DNA of 64,000 nucleotides from Perkinsus chesapeaki ATCC PRA-425 (Eukaryota; Protista; Perkinsozoa): NCBI GenBank assembly GCA_013115145.1, contig JAAPAO010000113.1, positions 1 to 64,000 of the forward strand, read 5' to 3'. Shown piece by piece: positions 59,950 to 64,000 of this stretch (position 1 is its first letter; each line of letters starts with the position of its first letter). The notes under the pieces were generated by a model. It saw only the letters and a program-made list of their open reading frames with translations, ran no database searches and was not told where the DNA came from. The position numbers and the translations under genes were made by a program.

Positions 59950-62394
59950 TTGCTGAATGAAAGTGACCTCAAAACGATTAGCAGCGGGTTTCGGTTACAT
60001 CTGAGCTGGCGACTGAATTCGTGCAGGGAGGAGGACGAAGTAGTTCACGGCATTGATTTGACACCAGTTGCTTTGGCACAGTTGAGATGCGTAACTGTGA
60101 ACTGGGGAAAACCATTGTATGTAGAGTTGGTAAATCAAGTTGTGTGCGGAGGTTGACCATTCTGAGCTGGAACGTGGAATTTATCTCCATTGTATAAGTC
60201 CGAATGAGTTGGTAAAAACTGCGCCTTTGTCCATTGTGGAAGGTCGGTGATGTCCGATTGCTAATATGATTAAAGCAAACTGCTCGGTGTGCAAGTGTCA
60301 AGGCTGCTTTTAGACTACTTGAACCATCTATTTGATGGTCGAGCGTCGACTACCAGTTGAGAGCGAGGTGAAGTCATTAGCTTCGGGAAAGGGAAATATA
60401 AAGGAGAATGATGACGCTGCACTAGATGTGATTGTGGCCATGATAGTAGATGGATTCCGGGAAAATACCAGACATCTGCAGGATATAGAGCGGAGGGTAA
60501 GCGATGGCTGCATGGCTGCACCAGTGTACTGTGGAGGGGCGATGCCGTTTTTTGGGAAATGAAGCGAAGCGACATGCTGGGAGATTCCAAGAGGCTGCTG
60601 TGCATCTTCTCAAATCTGTCTGCATAGGCAGACTTCCACAGTGGAGACAAAGCCTTAGCGAGCCGAACCAACACCGAACGTGAATACATCGCATATGACT
60701 GTACCCGGTTTCACTAAGCGGGCGGTTGTTGATCTCTTTGAGCTTATTAGTCATAGAAGTTATCGATACTGTTATTGCTTGCAGATTCGGAGCGGCACAA
60801 ATACCGCGCCACGTGCAGTTGTAGGAGCATCGCTTTTGCTTTTGAAGCCGTCGGTAATACTATGTCCCATTGTGATAGCGAAGCGTGTGCTCTGGTTCTT
60901 AGTGCTCCCACGGTCATCATCACCATGATGATGGTGATGATCCTATAGGAAGGAAGGTGGATGAGTTGCTAGAGCCCGAGAGCCTTCGGGAGATGGTTCC
61001 AGCAATCATCAGGAGCTGCACGGATGTTTATACCAAGGTGTGGATATGGGACCTGCTGCTGCTGCTGCTGCCTGAGATCGAGGATACTGGCTTCTCTCCG
61101 ATCATATGATAGATTAGCGAATCTGTGTTACTAAATGATTCGACCTGCATTACTTGACCTGTATGACCTGCACTAGATGTTGGGGGAACTATTTGCTCCA
61201 AGTTGTGTTGATTCTTCAGAAATTACTTTTCACTACGCTTTCATCTGCCAGGCTTATACGTAGGTATCAAAAAAGGCGAAGGATGATGGCGAGACTATGC
61301 CGCCGGAGGTCCAGTCTTACGTTCGTCGGGAGTGTTTGCTGAACTCGACGAAGCAAGAAATTGTTAGCAGAGCAAAGAAGTGGTTACAAAGTAGTGAATA
61401 GGGTATCAGGCTGGGACATTAATAAGTCCCTTATCCTGCTGTGGGGGGATTAATAAGTGCAATGAAAGGCAATCTGGCCAAGGGCTTCATGAAATTGCGG
61501 AGCGAGCGAAGTCAAATATATCTAAGCGTGTATGTGGTACACATAATGTGTAGCAAGGGGAGTGATATTGTCAATCGAGTCTATAGAATTGCTTGTCCTA
61601 CCTCACCAATACATAACGTATGTTGAGTAATTTCAAATCTAGTAATTTAGTAGACTAGTTCGGTGCTGATCGGTATGATATCACCTCAACTTGGGCGTGC
61701 TTCAATGTTGGCCGGGATTCGGTCCACAGAGCTTGGATTGGTGATTTAGGTCATAACCAGTCCGCGTCGACAGAAGGAGGAACATATGCAAACCCGCTGG
61801 CTTTGAAGACAGCACCTGTACCAACACATATGTCAACATTTGGCAGTTGTGCAAGTTTTGTAGGTATGCGAGGTGGATGGCTCTCACCCCCTCAACCGAC
61901 TGAGCTCGGACACTATACGATCATTGATGGAAAGAGGCTGGGCTGTTCAGGACGGGTAAGGAAGTTGCTTGGTGATTCGGAGACAGTTGTTGGCAGCAGA
62001 TTCGTGCCGATCGCGGAAGTTGGGAAGATACGAAAAGAGATAGAGCTACTGGAGTTTGATGGGCACTTTGATGAGGTGTATGGTCAGAGTGTTGTTGGGA
62101 TTCGTAACGATAAGATATGCTATCCGAAGTATGCTGGTAAGCAATTAAGTGGAGGCACTTAAGCGTCTGCGCTTCGAAGAGCTGCTGCTTGTGAGTCTAT
62201 CCGCAGGAATGTGTAGGAAGAAGGATCTGCCAGAAACTCAATGTTACACTGCGTGTCGACCGCTCCTTCTTTCTCCTTGGATGGTTGCCGTTGTGCTTGC
62301 TTATCGCAGGGGTTCCAGGGATTGGTACACAGCTTTGCTTGAGGGACAGAAACTATTCATGGTGTGCACTAAGCTTTTACACGAAGCTTTGTAA
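59950..62394 (+). CDS. Hypothetical multi-exon protein (boundaries approximate)
   Basis: A series of open segments bounded by AG/GT, e.g. ..LDVIVAMIVDGFRENTRHLQDIERR|, IGRKVDELLEPESLREMVPAIIRSCTDVYTK|, VQSYVRRECLLNSTKQEIVSRAKKWLQ|, GRVRKLLG..CYPKYA|, ending ..KLLHEAL*. No domain recognised. Confidence 0.4.
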
Positions 62395-62588
62395 AGAATC
62401 TGTGCGTAGTAGAATGGAAAGCATGAAATACGTTCCATTCGGTTCAACTATACGAACTGTCTTCTCGATGACTCTTAGAATCCATAATCATCACCACGCA
62501 CGTGTAGGTTAGAACTGTACTGTAGTGACTGCAGAGCAAGCCGGCGACACCTGAATCGGCTAGGTCTCCTCTTTCTGATAGAAAGTTT

Positions 62589-63430
62589 CTATTCTCTGAT
62601 GGAGTGCTCTGAGAGGGCTGTGAAAAATAGGAGGACAGCGACACTAAGCTTCATACTTCCATTGCGGCGCTCCCAGTCTATGAGCTTGTCGATCCGACAA
62701 TTCATCGGTCCTTCCTGATGTACACTTTTCAAGGATGAATACCTTCTCGGAGGAGCTGTGAGAAGTTGATCAATATTCGTGCAGTACCAAGACGTTGACC
62801 GAATGTTTGAATTTTCAGCTTGGTCACTGCCGGTTTCCCAGTCTTTGTTAAGTGACGTTTTAATCTCCCTCAGAGTTGGACGTAGAACTTTATCAGCACC
62901 TGCGATGGTTGATGGCTGAGAGGTTACAAGATTTACCATTTGAGCTCAATGCTAAGATATCTGGAGAACGCAAAATCTTATTGCAGGCTCGAACGCAGGT
63001 GACCTATAGGGGGACAATTTGCACAATCACCCGCCGCCGCCGCCCGACGCAGCAGCAGCACTATCGATTTAGGTTTTCCATTGGAGTAGTTAGACTCTTT
63101 TCCTCTTGTTGGACGCGGTCATTAGGGGCGCCGATAAAGCGGGCTTCATACCATTGGATAGTATATTATTATTAATATTTATTAACTAGTATCTTATATA
63201 GTTACTATAATGAGATATATTAATCAATACGCTTATAATACCAAGTTCGTTTTCATTTTTGGAATATCTAATCTTATCTTCTTCCCTACTTTTAATGTCA
63301 GACTCGCCCTACTTACCTTGGGATTTCGTCGTCGGGTTTCCTTCCTCAATAGTCGGTCTCTGGTGTTCAGATTCAAGTAGGCATTTATGCAGCTAAAGGC
63401 GGTTACTATAAAAAGCACCTGGATGGAGGG
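62589..63430 (-). CDS. Possible hypothetical multi-exon gene
   Basis: Candidate exons VLFIVTAFSCINAYLNLNTRDRLLRKETRRRNPK| and VTCVRACNKILRSPDILALSSN|, plus ORF 62589..62939. Confidence 0.25.
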
Positions 63431-63900
63431 TATAACGATAAAGATGTTGGTCGGGCATTTTCAGCAGTGGTGTACGTGAACTCTGACGGCACATATTCGG
63501 GGTAAGCCTGTGGGAATCAAATGTCACGAACGAAGGGATATCATGGGCAATGGAACATATTATATGAGATTCGTAAATGCGTTGTTGTTAATACTCACCC
63601 GCACTAGGAGCACACTGTAAAAGGTTTATTGTTGATTTATATATATTTTATAGCATATGGATGAAGTGTTGATGGTTATAATGATATCTCAGAAGGAGGC
63701 ATACAATACCTATGCTTATCACTGATCGAGTGATAACAGATAATCTCGATAACTTATGGTAAATTCTGTCTAACTCGCAAGAGTATCTACAAGTAAAACT
63801 ATACCTTTTACCGTGCGAGTCAGTTGACAAATGTCAAAGGAACAATACTAGTGATGTTACTTCCGAGAATGGCAATATGTGATACGTAGTGTTCATTCTC

Positions 63901-63973
63901 GCGGTGTCAAACTTGGACCCGATAAATCGAGGCGGTGTCAAACTTGGACCCGATAAATCGAGGCGGTGTCAAA
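63901..63973. repeat. 31-bp tandem repeat, ~2.3 copies
   Basis: gcggtgtcaaacttggacccgataaatcgag x2, followed by gcggtgtcaaa. Confidence 0.9.
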
Positions 63974-64000
63974 GAAGAATACGTATTGTCAATATTGGCA

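Noticed and set aside
63901-63973. CRISPR array
   Set aside because: Repeats are directly adjacent with no spacers, there are no cas genes, and the context is eukaryotic.
1-64000. Spliced-leader relics, rRNA, or an intact transposon or viral ORF
   Set aside because: By eye I found no SL-like ACCGTAGCCAT..GGCTCAAG, no rRNA-like tract and no intact RT, integrase or transposase. A computational search could still find degenerate copies.

Overview
Intron-rich eukaryotic genomic DNA. Short (~45 nt) introns, a GC-AG intron, the gene content and the secreted families point to a Perkinsus-like alveolate parasite (inference). Left to right: a CCCH-finger ZNFX1/Hrr1-like SF1 helicase with an in-frame TGA between its N-terminal domain and the rest; ~9 kb of decayed retroelements; a secreted-protein island (asparaginase pseudogene, an intact type I L-asparaginase fused to a signal peptide and a Cys-rich module, two secreted paralogs with the same module, one with a TTEAPYE mucin stalk); tRNA-Ser(GCT); an RMI1-like gene; two tandem EDR2_C/DUF1336 genes; a secreted protein with a 14-aa repeat; an LMBR1-family gene with TE-filled introns; a MAP2K; an alpha/beta hydrolase probably ending in CaaX; two intronless TPT/nucleotide-sugar transporters; uncharacterised multi-exon genes. 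The two most unusual signals are (1) the secreted Cys-module-asparaginase fusion and its neighbours and (2) a 416-bp block identical between the two transporters whose synonymous sites are almost fully A/T while the diverged flanks are ~55% GC3, suggesting homology-dependent (RIP-like) mutagenesis or conversion. Exon boundaries were inferred by eye, no searches were run, and two N gaps interrupt coding repeats.
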